Source: an uncultured Nitrospirales bacterium (GTDB lineage Bacteria; Nitrospirota; Nitrospiria; Nitrospirales; NS-4). From it: DNA of 64,000 bases. The DNA is taken from NCBI GenBank assembly GCA_964472655.1, contig CAYYLQ010000013.1, positions 6,845 through 70,844 of the forward strand, in the 5' to 3' direction. How positions within the stretch are numbered: the first letter of the stretch is position 1; each line of letters opens with the position of its first letter. The position numbers were made by a program, and so were the translations under genes. The notes under the pieces were generated by a model. It did not search any database and had not been told where the DNA came from. It saw only the letters and a program-made list of their open reading frames with translations. Shown one piece after another: positions 47,135-56,282 of the stretch.

Positions 47135-48673
47135 ATGAAGCGTGGATGGAGAGTTTTTGCGACAGGGGTCCTGCTGGTCCTGTTCAGCGTGGAGCCATCC
47201 GCCTGGGCAGATAACGGAGACCGGGTTCTCGAGCTTCTACTCAAGAAGAAGCTCATCACACAGGAGGAGTACGACCAGATCAAGAAAGAGGCCAAGGAGC
47301 CGTTCAAGGGGCCCGTGGTCGAGGAAACGTTGAAAGACGAGACACCGACCGTGTCCACGGAAGAAGCTCAACCGGGAGCCAAGAAAAAGCCGCCCGTCGG
47401 CTCCTATGCGGACCTCGAGACAAGACGGGGCGGCATCGAGAATCTTCGGAAGAACGATTACAAGAACGTCTTCACGACGCTGGATACCGTGTTGAAACAT
47501 TCGGAACGGCTTAGCGTCGGAATCGTGGCATTAAAGGTACAGTACAATGCCGACAATACCGACCGGAAGCCAATTGGGACAGCGGCCGGTGCTGCGGCGG
47601 ATACCAACACTGCTCAAAATGTTGCCAGGGATGAGAACGGTTTCCGGATTCGTGCGGCCGAGTTCTATGTGACCGGCCGGCTGGCGCCCTGGACCACCTA
47701 CTATGTGGAGGTCGACTTCGCGCGCCAGAGTGAGATCGCGCTCAACAGCATGTATATGGATTTCTATTCGAAGGACATGCCGTACGTGAAAAGCCTGTAT
47801 CCTTATATCAGCAAGCTGCGCGTCGGCCAGTTCCGGGAACCCTTTGGAATCGAGCAGGGCACGTCCCAGGGCTTGCTCGATTTCGTGAACCGGGCTTACT
47901 ACACCGACTTGAAGATGAATACCGTCGAAACCCGCTTCGGCGATACCACTCTCAATCCGTTCGGGAAAGACAACTCCACCGGATTCCTACAACAGCTGGA
48001 CATAGGGATTGAGCTGACCCACAAGATCCCGCAACTGCCGATGGAGCCTGAGCTGCAATGGGCGGTCATCAACGGCGCGGGCCGGAACTTCAATGACAAC
48101 AACGCCGACAAGGATGTGACAGGAAGATTGATCCTGACGCCCACAGAAGGCATGAAAGTCTACTTCGCGGGCTACACCGGCACCGCCTTTTTCACGAACA
48201 CTTCGACGGCTTCGTTGGCCTCTACCTGCACGAATACAGCGGCCAATCTCTGCAAGGACATCAAAAAGTTCCGTCAGGGGCTCATGTACACGTATATCCC
48301 GCCGTTTTTGGATAACCTGGTCAAGCTCCAGGGTGAGTACATCGAAGGTTACGACAACGGCTTCCGCCGGCGGACGTGGTACCAATACATTCTGTTCCGG
48401 CCGTTTCCCTGGCTCCCGAATTTCGAACCGGCCTACCGGTACGAGCAGTTCACGATCGATACCAATCGTCCTAAGAGCACGCTCGATCGACACACGATCG
48501 GGTTCAACTACTATTTCCACACCAACGTGAAGCTCACGGTGAACTACGAGCTCAAGCATGACGAGAACGAGGGGAATCCGTCCGGGACTGTGACATCGGC
48601 CGCGTCAGGGGGCGGGAACGGCAACGCCAACAACAAGAACTTCTTCACCACGCAGATCCAGTTCCGGTACTAG
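47135..48673 (+). CDS. outer-membrane porin (phosphate-selective porin O/P-like)
   Basis: signal peptide, GFRIRAAE, RVGQFREPFGIE, GFNYYF, C-terminal QIQFRY beta-signal. Confidence 0.8.
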   Translation: MKRGWRVFATGVLLVLFSVEPSAWADNGDRVLELLLKKKLITQEEYDQIKKEAKEPFKGPVVEETLKDETPTVSTEEAQPGAKKKPPVGSYADLETRRGGIENLRKNDYKNVFTTLDTVLKHSERLSVGIVALKVQYNADNTDRKPIGTAAGAAADTNTAQNVARDENGFRIRAAEFYVTGRLAPWTTYYVEVDFARQSEIALNSMYMDFYSKDMPYVKSLYPYISKLRVGQFREPFGIEQGTSQGLLDFVNRAYYTDLKMNTVETRFGDTTLNPFGKDNSTGFLQQLDIGIELTHKIPQLPMEPELQWAVINGAGRNFNDNNADKDVTGRLILTPTEGMKVYFAGYTGTAFFTNTSTASLASTCTNTAANLCKDIKKFRQGLMYTYIPPFLDNLVKLQGEYIEGYDNGFRRRTWYQYILFRPFPWLPNFEPAYRYEQFTIDTNRPKSTLDRHTIGFNYYFHTNVKLTVNYELKHDENEGNPSGTVTSAASGGGNGNANNKNFFTTQIQFRY

Positions 48674-48687
48674 AAGAGGTGAGCGCC

Positions 48688-49107
48688 ATGTCCATCAGCG
48701 CGAGGAATAAAGTCCAAGGGCAAGTCGCCGACATTCACGCCGGTGAGGTAATGAGTCTGGTGACGGTCAAGGCCGGTGATCATCGGCTGGTGGCGTCCGT
48801 CACGAACGAAGGTGTCAAGGAGCTTCAGCTCAAACCGAAAGACACGGTGACCGCAGTGGTGAAGTCCACCGAGGTGATGCTCATCAAGGGCGAAAGCGGC
48901 GGGCTGAAGCTGAGCGCCAGAAACAAGCTGAAGGGCCAGGTGGCGTCGGTGCAGAAGGGAGAAGCAATGGGGCTGGTCACCGTCAACGTCGGTTCTCTCC
49001 ACTTCGGGGCCGCGATTACCCGTGAGGCGATCGATGAGCTGCATCTTGCCCAAGGCGATGCGGTCACCGTGGTTATTAAGGCCACCGAGGTTATGCTAAT
49101 GAAATAG
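48688..49107 (+). CDS. molybdate-binding Mop/TOBE protein (two domains, molbindin/ModG-like)
   Basis: two SARNK...K(S/A)TEVML repeats. Confidence 0.88.
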   Translation: MSISARNKVQGQVADIHAGEVMSLVTVKAGDHRLVASVTNEGVKELQLKPKDTVTAVVKSTEVMLIKGESGGLKLSARNKLKGQVASVQKGEAMGLVTVNVGSLHFGAAITREAIDELHLAQGDAVTVVIKATEVMLMK

Positions 49108-49143
49108 GGGGCTGCGGTAGGGAGTACGCCTGGCCTCCCCAAC

Positions 49144-49182
49144 GGACAGGGAGATCACGACCCTCCTGTGATCTCCCTGTCC
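49144..49182. repeat. perfect 15-bp inverted repeat (stem-loop)
   Basis: GGACAGGGAGATCAC-N9-GTGATCTCCCTGTCC. Confidence 0.85.
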
Positions 49183-49204
49183 ACCGCTGAAAGGAAATAC
49201 GCCT

Positions 49205-50449
49205 ATGACGATTCGAAGCCTTTTGCGAATTGTGCCGGTGATCGTGTGCCTGGGGTGTCTGTGGGCGACGACCGCATGGAGCGCTGAGATTTCAGTCGCG
49301 GCGGCGTCGGATTTGAATTTCGCGTTCAAGGAAATTGTGGCGGAGTTCGAAAAGAAAACCGGGAACACGGTCAAGCTGTCCTTGGGCTCGTCCGGAAACT
49401 TCTACGCGCAGCTTTCGAACGGTGCGCCGTTCGATCTCTACTTCTCGGCCGATATCGGCTATCCGAAGAAGCTGGACGAGGCCGGACTGGCGGAACCCGG
49501 AACGCTGTACCTGTATGCCGTGGGCCGCATCGTGGTCTGGACGCCGAAGGGTTCTCCCATTGATGCCGGATCGCTGGGATTCAAAGCACTGCAACACCCG
49601 TCGGTGAAGAAGATCGCCATCGCCAACCCCAAGCACGCTCCATACGGACGCGCGGCTGTGGCGGCCATGGAGCACTTCAAGGTCTATGAGGCGGTGAAGG
49701 ACAAGCTGGTGTTGGGCGAGAACATCTCGCAGACGGCGCAATTCGTCCAGACGGGCGGCGCCGATATCGGAATCATCGCGCTGTCGCTTGCAGTGGCGCC
49801 GGTCATGAAAGAGACCGGGACATACTGGGAAGTTCCGCTCGAATCCTATCCGCGCCTCGAGCAAGGCGCCGTGATCATGAAGGCGGCGAAGGACAAGAAG
49901 GCGGCGAGCGCGTTCCTTGACTTCGTCAAAAGTTCAGAGGGCGCGGCGGTCTTCAAGCGGTACGGCTTCTTTCTGCCCGAGCAGTCGGCACGACACCGAG
50001 CCGATCATGATGAGTGCACCAACCTATCCTCGAGCTTGGCCGCCGTGGTCTCGGCGATGGCCAAGCCCGGCATGAAGGTCAACGCGCTGGCTGCGCGCGG
50101 GCCCATGACGGCGCTGGCACCCGGCGCGGCGCGGTTCGATATCACGCTGCATCCGACGGACCGCGTCCAGTTGCTCAACAAGCCTGCCGAGAACCCGGAA
50201 CCGTTCGCCGGTCTGGTGCCGATCTCGGTGCCGCGTGCGGGCGTGTACCGCATCTCGGTCAGCACCCATCTCTGGCTCGAAGTCTTCGACGGAGACGCTA
50301 GGCTGCAACGGGTCCGACTGGAGCCGCGCCTTCACTGCGGGACTGTCCAGAAAAGTATCGGATTCGAGCTGAAGCCCGGGAAGACCTATTGGCTGCAGTT
50401 ATCGGGGAACAAGTCACCGGAGGTACATGCGATCATCACGTCTGACTGA
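49205..50449 (+). CDS. modA: molybdate ABC transporter substrate-binding protein with about 150-aa C-terminal extra domain
   Basis: VAAASDL, GSSG, IANPKHAPYG, GENISQ; ORF continues past YGF. Confidence 0.9.
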   Translation: MTIRSLLRIVPVIVCLGCLWATTAWSAEISVAAASDLNFAFKEIVAEFEKKTGNTVKLSLGSSGNFYAQLSNGAPFDLYFSADIGYPKKLDEAGLAEPGTLYLYAVGRIVVWTPKGSPIDAGSLGFKALQHPSVKKIAIANPKHAPYGRAAVAAMEHFKVYEAVKDKLVLGENISQTAQFVQTGGADIGIIALSLAVAPVMKETGTYWEVPLESYPRLEQGAVIMKAAKDKKAASAFLDFVKSSEGAAVFKRYGFFLPEQSARHRADHDECTNLSSSLAAVVSAMAKPGMKVNALAARGPMTALAPGAARFDITLHPTDRVQLLNKPAENPEPFAGLVPISVPRAGVYRISVSTHLWLEVFDGDARLQRVRLEPRLHCGTVQKSIGFELKPGKTYWLQLSGNKSPEVHAIITSD

Positions 50450-50490
50450 ACGTTCTGATAAGATTCCGCTACGCTTTGACTTCGTCTTAA

Positions 50491-50528
50491 TTGACTTCTC
50501 TCGTCCTTCTCCCTAGTATTCGCGAATA
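50491..50528 (+). promoter_or_regulatory. internal promoter TTGACT-N17-TAGTAT with overlapping palindrome TATTCGCGAATA
   Basis: boxes at 50491-50496 and 50514-50519; perfect 12-bp palindrome 50517-50528. Confidence 0.6.
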
Positions 50529-50550
50529 TTTTGCACTCGAGAGGTGAACC

Positions 50551-50964
50551 GTGCCGAGGAGACGCCGATCCGTCGCCGCTGACGGCCGCAGTGATGTCCT
50601 GACCGCCCGCGAGGCCGCGCAATACCTGCGCCTGGCCTTGCCGACCTTCTACCGCTACATGTGGCAAGGGAAGATCCCCAGCTCGAAGATCGGCGGGCGG
50701 TACCGGTTCAAAAAATCGCTGTTGGACAGATGGCTCGGCAAGAGAGCCGAGGGTGAAGATGTCAGCGGACGGAACAAGTTCGTTGGAAAGGTCTCGGCCA
50801 TCAAGCGAGACGCAATCCTCGCGCAAGTCAATCTGGAAGTGGGCGAGCACAAGATCACGGCCGTCATCACCCGCGACGCGCTGGACGACCTAGGACTCAA
50901 GGTCGGTGATACGGCGGTGGCGCTCATGAAGGCCACGGAAGTGATGATCATCAAGGAGCGGTGA
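50551..50964 (+). CDS. excisionase-type HTH + TOBE molybdate-responsive regulator
   Basis: LTAREAAQYL..KIGGRYRF HTH; SGRNK...KATEVM TOBE. Confidence 0.85.
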   Translation: MPRRRRSVAADGRSDVLTAREAAQYLRLALPTFYRYMWQGKIPSSKIGGRYRFKKSLLDRWLGKRAEGEDVSGRNKFVGKVSAIKRDAILAQVNLEVGEHKITAVITRDALDDLGLKVGDTAVALMKATEVMIIKER

Positions 50965-50965
50965 C

Positions 50966-51640
50966 GTGAACTGGGCCGCGATTCTGTTGACGCTGAAGCT
51001 GGCCGCGCTGACCGCCGTGATTCTGCTGGCGGTCGGCATGCCGATCGCCTACTGGCTGACCTATTCCCGCTGGCGTTGGAAATTTCTGGCGGAGTCCGTC
51101 GTGGCCCTGCCGCTCGTTTTGCCGCCGACGGTACTGGGATTCTATGTCCTGGTCGCGATCGGTCCGAAGAGCCCGATCGGGCATTGGTACCAGGCGATTG
51201 TGGGCCATCCCCTGGTGTTCACATTCGAGGGCCTTCTCTTCGCCTCGGTCCTGTACAGCCTGCCCTTTGCGGTGCAACCCTTCACCGCGGCCTTCGGCGC
51301 GGTGGATCCCAAGCTGGTCGAGGCTTCGTGGACGCTCGGTGTCTCCCGGCTGGCGACGTTTTTCCGCGTGACGCTCCCGCTGTCGGTTGCCGGCGTTGTG
51401 ACCGGGGTGGTGCTCAGCTTCGCCCATACGATGGGCGAGTTCGGCGTGGTCTTGATGGTCGGCGGCAACATCCAGGGTGTGACCCGCACGGTGTCCATCG
51501 ACATTTACGACGAAGTGCAGGCGCTGAACTATGCAGGGGCAGCGCAGACGGCGCTGGTGCTGCTGGTCTTTTCGTTTGTCATTCTCTCAGTCGTCTACGC
51601 GGTGAACCGGAGACTGTGGGCCGTATGGCCGATGAAATGA
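50966..51640 (+). CDS. modB: molybdate ABC transporter permease
   Basis: LPLVLPPTVLGF, EAS.TLG, FAHTMGEFG. Confidence 0.93.
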   Translation: MNWAAILLTLKLAALTAVILLAVGMPIAYWLTYSRWRWKFLAESVVALPLVLPPTVLGFYVLVAIGPKSPIGHWYQAIVGHPLVFTFEGLLFASVLYSLPFAVQPFTAAFGAVDPKLVEASWTLGVSRLATFFRVTLPLSVAGVVTGVVLSFAHTMGEFGVVLMVGGNIQGVTRTVSIDIYDEVQALNYAGAAQTALVLLVFSFVILSVVYAVNRRLWAVWPMK

Positions 51641-52710
51641 CGGCCGACTTCGAGAAGCGGTACAACGGGGGGCCGACGATTCGCGCGATGCTCCGTCTTC
51701 CGGCTGGACGACCGCACGTGCTCGTCTTGTTCGGGCCGTCCGGTTCCGGCAAAACCACCATCTTGCGCTGCCTGGCCGGATTGGAGCGGCCGGCACACGG
51801 GCGGATCGCCTTCGCCGGCCAGACCTGGTTTGACGCGGAAGCCGGCGTCCAGATCCCTCCCCAATCTCGCGCCATCGGCTATCTCTTCCAGGACTACGCG
51901 CTCTTTCCCCACCTGAGCGTCGCCGGCAACATCGCCTTTGCGTTGCGGGGGGGCGATGCAAAGGCGTGCGAGCGGCGTGTGCGGGAACTGCTCGATTTGC
52001 TGCAGTTGCGGGGATTGGAAGACCGCCTCCCGGCGCAACTCTCCGGCGGGCAGCAGCAGCGGGTTGCGCTCGCGCGCGTGCTCGCGCGCCGCCCCCAACT
52101 GTTGCTGCTCGACGAGCCGCTGTCCGCGCTCGATGCGCCGACCCGCGAACAGGTGCGAGGCGAATTGCGCGGGCTGCTGCGCGGGCAGGGCATCCCGACT
52201 GTCTGCGTCACGCACGATTGGGTAGAGGTGCTGGCGCTTGCAGACGAGGTCGCGGTGTTGGGCGGCGGCCGCGTGCTCCAGGTCGGTCCGCCGGACGAGG
52301 TCTTCAGCCGTCCCGCCGGCGCCGATGTGGCGGCTATCGTCGGCGTGGAGACCGTCGTGGCAGGAAAGATCGTCGAGCGCGTGGACGATCTGGCGGCATT
52401 GGACGTGGGCGGTGTGCGGCTCTGGGCGGTGGACGCGCGCGGACAGGGCGGGGAGTGCTATCTTTGCATCCGGGCCGAGGACGTGACGCTCGAAATCGGA
52501 ACTCGTCCGAACAGCAGCGCCCGCAATCACCTCGCAGGCCGGGTCACGGAAGTCCGTCCGGCCGGCCCGGTCTCGCACGTGGCCGTGGATTGTGGCTTTG
52601 TGCTGACGGCTCTGGTCACCCGCCAGGCGGCGCAGGACCTGAACCTGAAACCCGGGACCCCCGTGACGGCCACGGTCAAGGCCTCGGCAGTCCACTTGAT
52701 TCCGCGGTGA
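51637..52710 (+). CDS. modC: molybdate ABC transporter ATPase
   Basis: GPSGSGKTT, LSGGQQQR, LLLLDEP, C-terminal SARN TOBE. Confidence 0.93.
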   Translation: MTADFEKRYNGGPTIRAMLRLPAGRPHVLVLFGPSGSGKTTILRCLAGLERPAHGRIAFAGQTWFDAEAGVQIPPQSRAIGYLFQDYALFPHLSVAGNIAFALRGGDAKACERRVRELLDLLQLRGLEDRLPAQLSGGQQQRVALARVLARRPQLLLLDEPLSALDAPTREQVRGELRGLLRGQGIPTVCVTHDWVEVLALADEVAVLGGGRVLQVGPPDEVFSRPAGADVAAIVGVETVVAGKIVERVDDLAALDVGGVRLWAVDARGQGGECYLCIRAEDVTLEIGTRPNSSARNHLAGRVTEVRPAGPVSHVAVDCGFVLTALVTRQAAQDLNLKPGTPVTATVKASAVHLIPR

Positions 52711-52735
52711 GGGCTACACTGTGGGTGAGTCCAAA

Positions 52736-53782
52736 ATGAAAGACCGGCCCCTGATCGAGCGGTTCGAACGGCTCATCACGGCCTTTGGCCTGCTGGCGGG
52801 GGCGAATTTCGCGTTTGCGGCGGGGTATTGGATTCTGAACCAGGGACGTACGAACCCCGATGGATCCGAGATCGGCTACATCCAATGCCTATTCATGACG
52901 GTCATCACCACGTTCACGGTCGGCTATGGCGAAGTCGTGCCGATCCTGACGACGGCGGATCGGATGTACACGATAATGGTCATCATCGTCGGCATCGGCA
53001 CGATTGGGTATGCACTCAGTCAGATGACCGCGTTCATCGTCGAGGGAGAGTTACAGGAGATTCTGGGGAGGCGAAAGATGGAAAAGCGCATTGTGGTGCT
53101 GCACGATCATTACCTCGTCTGTGGAACAGGCGAGGTCGGCCATTACGTGATCGAAGAGCTCTTCGCCACCAAGCGCTCGTTTGTGGCTATCGATACGGAT
53201 GAAGCGCATCTCAAGAAGGTGATAGATGAGCGGGCGATCCTCTATATCGTGGGAGATGCGACGGATGAGGAGGTGCTTATCCATGCGGGCGTCAAGGGGG
53301 CGGCCGGCGTGATCTGCGCGCTGCCCAACGACCGGGACAACCTGGTTCTGGCCATGACCTGCCGACAGCTCAACCCGAAGATACGAATCGTGGCGAAAGC
53401 TCACGACATCAAACTGCTCGAGCGGCTCAAGCATGCGGGCGCCGATGCGGTCGTTTCGCCGCAATTCATCGGGGGGCTGCGCCTGGTCAGCGAAATGGTG
53501 CGGCCGACTGTCGTCAGCTTTCTCGATCAGATGCTGCGGGAGACCAAAGCGGCCGTGCGGGTCGAGGAGGTGCATGTGAGTGTGGGAAGTCCTCTGGCGG
53601 GCAAACGTTTGAATGAAGTCAATCTGGAGCAACGGGGGCTGCTCGTGATGGCGCTGCAGCCCATGGATTCGGACAAGTTCGACTATGTTCCCGCCCGGGA
53701 TGCTGTTTTGGTGCCGGGATGCACGGTCATCGTGCTGGGCGACGCGGAACATGTCGGGCAACTGCGAGCGGAGGCGTCCTGA
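52736..53782 (+). CDS. potassium channel with RCK (TrkA-N/C) domains
   Basis: TVGYG filter; HYLVCGTGEVG, GDATD, AGADAVVSP. Confidence 0.9.
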   Translation: MKDRPLIERFERLITAFGLLAGANFAFAAGYWILNQGRTNPDGSEIGYIQCLFMTVITTFTVGYGEVVPILTTADRMYTIMVIIVGIGTIGYALSQMTAFIVEGELQEILGRRKMEKRIVVLHDHYLVCGTGEVGHYVIEELFATKRSFVAIDTDEAHLKKVIDERAILYIVGDATDEEVLIHAGVKGAAGVICALPNDRDNLVLAMTCRQLNPKIRIVAKAHDIKLLERLKHAGADAVVSPQFIGGLRLVSEMVRPTVVSFLDQMLRETKAAVRVEEVHVSVGSPLAGKRLNEVNLEQRGLLVMALQPMDSDKFDYVPARDAVLVPGCTVIVLGDAEHVGQLRAEAS

Positions 53783-53836
53783 AGCCGGTCATGCTCCGCT
53801 ATATAAAATAGAAGAGGACCGAAGGAGGAGAGGATC

Positions 53837-54190
53837 GTGGACATCCGCACCGAGAGCCGAAACTTTTCGATGTCTTCACGCTTACAGGAAGAAATTGAAG
53901 CCCGTTTGCATGATCTCCAAGAAGGCCACAACGACATCATCCACGCGCGTATGACGCTGGAGAAGAACCACCATCACAAAAAGGGGCCGAACATCGCCAG
54001 CGCGCGGCTGGTGTGCAACGTGCGCGGCGGGACGTTTACCGCGAGCAAGATGGAAAAGACCTTTGAGGAGGCCCTCCGCGCCACTTTTCATGCGATGGAG
54101 GAGGAACTCCAGTCGTTTCGGGAAAAGCGTGAGAAGCGGGCCCGGGTCGAATCGGCCCGGCGGAAACCGGCGAGAGTCAGGCGCGCCTAA
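53837..54190 (+). CDS. HPF/RaiA family ribosome-associated protein
   Basis: MDIRTESRN.....L...IE.RL pattern and C-terminal helix; AAGGAGG SD. Confidence 0.75.
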   Translation: MDIRTESRNFSMSSRLQEEIEARLHDLQEGHNDIIHARMTLEKNHHHKKGPNIASARLVCNVRGGTFTASKMEKTFEEALRATFHAMEEELQSFREKREKRARVESARRKPARVRRA

Positions 54191-54194
54191 ATAG

Positions 54195-54602
54195 ATGGGC
54201 TTTCTTGTACGATTGATCGCGAACGCACTGGCGATCCTGGCAGCCGCCTATATCTTGCCGGGGATCGAAGTGAGCGGCGGCCTTGCGCTGATTGCGGCGG
54301 CCCTGGTCCTGGCGCTCATCAACGCCGTCGTCCGGCCGGTCCTGCTGTTCCTGACCTTGCCGTTCACGCTGGTGACGCTCGGGCTCTTCATCTTCCTGCT
54401 CAACGCTTTCTGCCTGTGGTTGACCTCCGTGCTGGTCAAGGGCTTCGACGTGCAGGGATTCTGGTCGGCGGTGCTCGGAGCCATGATCGTCAGTCTGGTG
54501 AGCTGGCTCGTGACGATTCTGCTCAGCGACCGGGGCCAGGTTGTCGTCATCACCCGCCGGGAACGCGCCCCCGACGTCATCGACATTTCGCCGAAACGCT
54601 AG
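54195..54602 (+). CDS. YvlD/DUF360 'phage holin family IV' membrane protein
   Basis: LINAVVRPVL..LTLPF..VTLGLF..LLNA. Confidence 0.88.
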   Translation: MGFLVRLIANALAILAAAYILPGIEVSGGLALIAAALVLALINAVVRPVLLFLTLPFTLVTLGLFIFLLNAFCLWLTSVLVKGFDVQGFWSAVLGAMIVSLVSWLVTILLSDRGQVVVITRRERAPDVIDISPKR

Positions 54603-54603
54603 C

Positions 54604-54939
54604 CTAGCTCTTTTTCCCAGCCTGCTCCGACTGGCACCAGCGCCACGTCCATTTACTCAGGACCGCCTTCACGCTGATCATCTGCTGGGAGGCGTCTTCG
54701 CCTGTGAGTTTATTCTTGAAGGTGAGGACGTATTCGATGCACACCGGCGGGATCTTCTCGACTGCGTAGGTCGAGACAGTTGTGCCGTTGGGATAGTCGG
54801 TCGATTGGGATGGTATGCCGAGATACCGTGTGACGGCATCCGGGTTGTCGTGATCCACACCGGATCGCAGGTAGAAAGCGGGAGTGGCGTACAAAACCCC
54901 CACGACTCCCACGATCACGAGAAGGATGATCAGCTTCAT
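54604..54939 (-). CDS. hypothetical exported protein
   Basis: N-terminal signal/anchor, two Cys. Confidence 0.6.
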   Translation of the reverse strand: MKLIILLVIVGVVGVLYATPAFYLRSGVDHDNPDAVTRYLGIPSQSTDYPNGTTVSTYAVEKIPPVCIEYVLTFKNKLTGEDASQQMISVKAVLSKWTWRWCQSEQAGKKS

Positions 54940-54960
54940 CGCAGTACTACCAGCTGGGCT

Positions 54961-55665
54961 TTAGCGGTTCGTGGGGGGAACATTGAAGCGCCAGTCCTTG
55001 AATTCTTCGATGACGGGGTCCAGGTTGAACGCCACGCTGATGCGCGGGGTTTCTCCTCGGTAGATACTGACGGAGTGCGACAGCCATCCGGGAAACATCA
55101 CGCACCTCCCGTTCTCCGGCGTGAAGGAAATGGTCTTGCCTGCGTCGTGCAGCTCGGACACGGCGTACCGGAGAAACGGCGCCAGCATCGTCGGCAGGCA
55201 TCCGCGCGGATCGTAGAGCTGCAGATCCCCGCCCGTATCGCTTCCGGCGGTGATGTCGCCCACGTCCACATAGTACACGCCGGACCAGAACGTGCCGGGA
55301 TGCGGATGCGTGGAATTGCTGCCGCCTTTGCGCTGGACGTTCGCCCAGGTCTCGACGACCTGCCAGCCCGGATGCTTGCCGGCCAGATCGGGCGCGCGCT
55401 CGGAGAATTCCGTGGCCTGCGTGGCAACTTCGATGACGGGAGCCAGCAGGTCCTTCATCGCGGGGCCGGCCCAGTCGAACATGGACATGTCGTGGGGGGA
55501 CGACCAGCCGACGACCTCGTGGTCCGCCTCCGCCGGGGTGGATGCCTCCCGCTCAAGAATCGCGCGGCGGAGATCCTTATTGATGCGCTCGTGGTCCGGG
55601 ATGGCAAAGACCAGCAGGGGCGTGGCGAAAACCGGCCGGACGTTGATTTCCATTTCTCGGGACAT
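54961..55665 (-). CDS. TIGR02466-like 2OG-Fe(II) oxygenase
   Basis: WANV, HPH..WSGVYYV, FPGWLSHSV, RISVAFN. Confidence 0.85.
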   Translation of the reverse strand: MSREMEINVRPVFATPLLVFAIPDHERINKDLRRAILEREASTPAEADHEVVGWSSPHDMSMFDWAGPAMKDLLAPVIEVATQATEFSERAPDLAGKHPGWQVVETWANVQRKGGSNSTHPHPGTFWSGVYYVDVGDITAGSDTGGDLQLYDPRGCLPTMLAPFLRYAVSELHDAGKTISFTPENGRCVMFPGWLSHSVSIYRGETPRISVAFNLDPVIEEFKDWRFNVPPTNR

Positions 55666-55793
55666 GCTTGGACGCCTCTGCAACCAGTAACGTTGTCCGC
55701 AGAATATCGTCAGTGCCGGATTGTGTCAAGCTGGTTCCGGACGCGAAGTTCGCCTTGTGAAATCCCCATACGGTTGGCTATAATCCGTTGCCC

Positions 55794-56282
55794 ATGCCGT
55801 TTCCTGCCAAAGACTTCGTCAGCCTGCTCCAGGAAGCGGGTTTCGACTTCTTCACGGGGGTTCCCGATTCGACGCTGGCGGGGATCATCGCCGTGCTGAT
55901 CGAGCGACGGGTGTACACCCCCGCGGTGCGGGAAGACGAGGCGGTCGGCATGGCGGTGGGCGCGTATATGGGCGGTAAGGTGCCGGCGGTGCTGATGCAG
56001 AACTCCGGACTGGGAACGTCATTGAACGCGCTGATCTCGCTGAACCTGATCTATCTCCAGCCGTGCCTGCTGCTGATCTCCTGGCGCGGGCACGACGGCA
56101 AAGACGCGCCGGAGCATCTCGTCATGGGGCAGGTCCTGGCCAAACAGCTCGACCTTGTGCGCATCCCGCATCGCACGGTGAAGGCCGAGACCGTCCGCGA
56201 AGACCTCGGCTGGGCCGCGCAGGTCTTCATGGCCCAGCGCATCCCGGTCGCGCTGCTGGTCACCAAGGGAATCTTTTCGTGA
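55794..56282 (+). CDS. phosphono/sulfopyruvate decarboxylase alpha subunit (ComD-like)
   Basis: FFTGVPDS, REDEAVG, MQNSGLG, ISWRG..DAPEH. Confidence 0.85.
   Translation: MPFPAKDFVSLLQEAGFDFFTGVPDSTLAGIIAVLIERRVYTPAVREDEAVGMAVGAYMGGKVPAVLMQNSGLGTSLNALISLNLIYLQPCLLLISWRGHDGKDAPEHLVMGQVLAKQLDLVRIPHRTVKAETVREDLGWAAQVFMAQRIPVALLVTKGIFS

Noticed and set aside
50551-50964. Excisionase-like HTH as a mobile element gene
   Set aside because: It is fused to TOBE inside the mod locus, so it is a regulator
53794-53820. CCGCTATATA resembling a ModE half-site
   Set aside because: The second half-site is absent and the downstream gene is unrelated to Mo
54195-54602. 'Phage holin' as evidence of a prophage
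   Set aside because: The YvlD/DUF360 family is commonly chromosomal; no integrase, terminase or structural genes nearby
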